Shown here: positions 62,501-64,000 of the stretch, in pieces
How the letters are laid out: the number at the start of each line of letters is the position of its first letter
How positions within the stretch are numbered: the stretch's first letter is position 1
Source of the DNA: a virus
Lineage: Duplodnaviria; Caudoviricetes
Length of the DNA stretch: 64,000 nucleotides
Reading direction: 5' to 3' (one strand)
IMG/VR virus record: IMGVR_UViG_3300043021_000113
The notes under the pieces: model-generated
What the model was told of the DNA's origin: nothing
Database searches by the model: none
What the model saw: the letters and a program-made list of their open reading frames with translations, nothing else
Program-made: the position numbers and the translations under genes

Positions 62501-64000
62501 CGGCACAGCAAGCCCAGCTTATAAACTGGATGTTAAAGGTACTGGAAATTTTAGCGATTTATTATATACCACCAGGCAAGTTATAAATGGAACAGGAGAA
62601 ACCCCTGCACTTCAGATAGGAACGCCAACTGGAAAGTGGAGTTATATTAGAATGAGCAATGGTTCTAATTTTTGGGATATCGGAACTAAATCAGATTTTA
62701 ATTCTGGAGCATTACATTTCAGATATAATGGAACTGAAACTGGAATGCGAATTTTAACTTCTGGAGACGTAGGTATCGGAACAACAGCTCCATCTTATAA
62801 ACTTGATGTTGCAGGAACTGGAAGGTTTACTGGGAAATTAAACGCTGATTCAGGAATAACAACAACTGGGATTTCACAATTTGAATCTGATTTAGCAATT
62901 ACTAGCATTTCGTCATGGTATAACAACCAACACAATTCGCCATTTCAAGTTGGAAGAAAGGATAATACATGGAAAATTGCAATGGCAGTTTCTCAACCAT
63001 TCGATAGTACAGCCAAAAACAGCATGGGTATTATTCAAGTAAAAGGTAATAGTATTTCAAGCAGTGGATGGTTAGCTATAAATCCAACTGGAGATTATGC
63101 AAATAAAGATGCAAACGGAGTTTCACGAACTGGTTCTGTTATTATTGGTGGCTCTTTTGATGTTCCAAATTATACTTTAGATGTAAGAGGAACTGGAAGG
63201 TTTACAGGTGAAATGACTTTAGGTTCAACTCTAAATGTTGCAGGAAGAACTCATCTTTCGGGATCTCTTGGTTATGCTAGCAATTATTTAGTATATCCAC
63301 AAGGTGGCGGTTTTAGAACAACTAGCAGTAGCGCAACAGGTGCAATCACAATAAAATTGCCATCAGGCCAAGGAAACGCTATGGTGTCTTTCTGGGTTGA
63401 TGTGTTTAATTATGTTACTAATTCTTCATTTTCTGTTCATGTATGCGGTTATACTTATACATCAGGGAATACTTGGGCTCATCAGCCAACGTTTACGGTT
63501 TATGGAGCTAATCATACAGTAAGGGGTGGTTATGTTGATTCTAGATTCTGCATATACATCGGAGAAACAACTTCTACTTGGGCATATCCACAAGTTCAAG
63601 TTAGAAATGTGATGATTGGCCACAATGGAACATATAGCAATTTATCTGGAACTTGGGATGTTAACTTCTCAACTTCATTTAGCAATGTAACTGCAACTCA
63701 GACAAATTATGTCTGGACAACAAGAAATTTCACTCCTGGAAGTTATTTGCCGTTAAGTGGTGGAACGATTACGGGAGCAATAAAAGGAAATGCAACTTTA
63801 GAACTTCAATCTGTAAATGGTGATATATATTTAAAAAGAAATAACACTGACACAACTTCTGTTGTGTTAAATCCAACAACATTTAAACCTTTTGATGCAG
63901 CGAATAAGCTTCTTGATTTAGGTTCAACTTCTGCTTATTGGAAGAATGGTTATTTCTCAGGTACGGTTTATGCTGGAACTTTCAGCGGAACAGCAACTAA
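59544..64000 (+). CDS. large tail fibre / receptor-binding protein, 3' truncated (not in ORF track)
   Basis: Starts MDSKIKFITAK; frame consistent at the start, sampled internal motifs and the window end; YLPLSGGT, RTIWGQSFDG, GNVGIGT.SP.YKLDV.G. Confidence 0.85.
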   Translation, partial: MDSKIKFITAKTKAAFEKNKESIPKKSITFIEDALEIYADGKLYNTVELPNNTPTVTSSSTWLGSINGKGLYAKIGEYLSKTGTATAANKLEIADTGNALTPVYFKDGVPVAGNMISDTHYVSDLIVADSATAQTTPTTAIANEQVRLNLIENSTVRSSINIRGAGYTGVTKDKEGRIIITSSSPVTSVAGKTGAVTLDKTNVGLSNVDNLSAEEILLKDVTTQTYSDSNKKKIANLEYVKSTINSAIAGISGSMSFKGTVGAGGDVSSLPLSNVSTGDVYVVKTAGIYANQNCEVGDIIIATASTPTWTVVQANIDGAVTGPTSAINGNIPIFNGTTGKIIKDSGFSIAKSVPSDAIFKYTAGAGLKISDSTISANLKDETQATVVASYIKGTDANRLYAVQRDSNGNLAVNVPWLSTSVDLSNYLPLSGGTMTGAITTFAGATDKPNIISNNGNFYLKSSAAVGLIPNNDLSKAVVVEGGTVRALTSGASKIDIGTSSTKFKDAYFSGIVYANSFSENGTALSSKYLQLIGGTLSGDIRSSNDIFRIIANNKTSNTNAILALYTYANNTGVGQGIFLRESNKCILPNGGWVSNACIGDENNKFKDAYFSGTVNATTFSGNAISASLLKGQAGYDMVDNDRLATQLTGGQFKYYYAVPQATTGIFPVINNANGLLTLNTHSGAYHHQLGFSADGNIYQRAFNGVTLNNTRAWKQIAFTDSTLTGNLTGTFNGLQSWNFERTWYLGGSTDSKPFAVILAKAVDGTTAATGSFFAGRVIVRRGSSGAWHGQGVTHVNCGGNYTSNIGSFYQEEVGAGACTGTKLCLITYNSVQYICLYFASTSQRFVTVIGNSTTNQGNISSTFEPILVKDVSSYTLTDLTTSTILKTNVTGNAGTATKLQNSRTIWGQSFDGSGNVDGVLSINSTNFPQIIVKNTNSSGNATARFLSNNGTGKQWIAGADTADNFIIYKGTGAYDITVTNSGNVGIGTASPAYKLDVKGTGNFSDLLYTTRQVINGTGETPALQIGTPTGKWSYIRMSNGSNFWDIGTKSDFNSGALHFRYNGTETGMRILTSGDVGIGTTAPSYKLDVAGTGRFTGKLNADSGITTTGISQFESDLAITSISSWYNNQHNSPFQVGRKDNTWKIAMAVSQPFDSTAKNSMGIIQVKGNSISSSGWLAINPTGDYANKDANGVSRTGSVIIGGSFDVPNYTLDVRGTGRFTGEMTLGSTLNVAGRTHLSGSLGYASNYLVYPQGGGFRTTSSSATGAITIKLPSGQGNAMVSFWVDVFNYVTNSSFSVHVCGYTYTSGNTWAHQPTFTVYGANHTVRGGYVDSRFCIYIGETTSTWAYPQVQVRNVMIGHNGTYSNLSGTWDVNFSTSFSNVTATQTNYVWTTRNFTPGSYLPLSGGTITGAIKGNATLELQSVNGDIYLKRNNTDTTSVVLNPTTFKPFDAANKLLDLGSTSAYWKNGYFSGTVYAGTFSGTAT

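Noticed and set aside
1-64000. TAG/TGA stop-codon reassignment as in some crAss-like phages
   Set aside because: Long genes are intact in code 11 and the breaks are explained by introns.
59544-64000. Diversity-generating retroelement target in the fibre
   Set aside because: No reverse transcriptase in the window; the repeats are short and both lie in coding sequence.

Overview
AT-rich segment of a crAss-like (Crassvirales-type) phage of a Bacteroidota host. This rests on crAss-type terminase, portal and tail genes and on repeated TAnnTTTG promoters. ORFs are intact in the standard code, so I see no stop-codon recoding. Positions 1-39 kb are a minus-strand early/replication block: small paralogous ORFs, RNase H, MoxR ATPase plus VWA partner, glucosaminidase, dUTPase, PIF1-like helicase, class II RNR and surface lipoproteins. 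Positions 39-64 kb are mostly plus strand: HNH-like nucleases, an iteron-like array with an HTH protein, GroEL and GroES-like genes, a PD-(D/E)XK nuclease, TerL, portal and tail/fibre genes. Four group I introns split VWA, helicase, TerL and portal; two carry LAGLIDADG ORFs. The standout is a non-coding ~1.9-kb array (30412-32320, minus strand). It has 14 miniature tRNA-like elements alternating with 13 GUGA-tetraloop hairpins and 13 unique spacers that read as the antisense of Bacteroidota translation-initiation regions. It is a candidate polycistronic, tRNA-machinery-processed antisense sRNA array. Also found: 10 covarying H-type pseudoknots mostly 5-12 nt upstream of start codons, a type III hammerhead ribozyme, and a solo tRNA-like element. 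All alignments and folds were done by eye; no database search was run.
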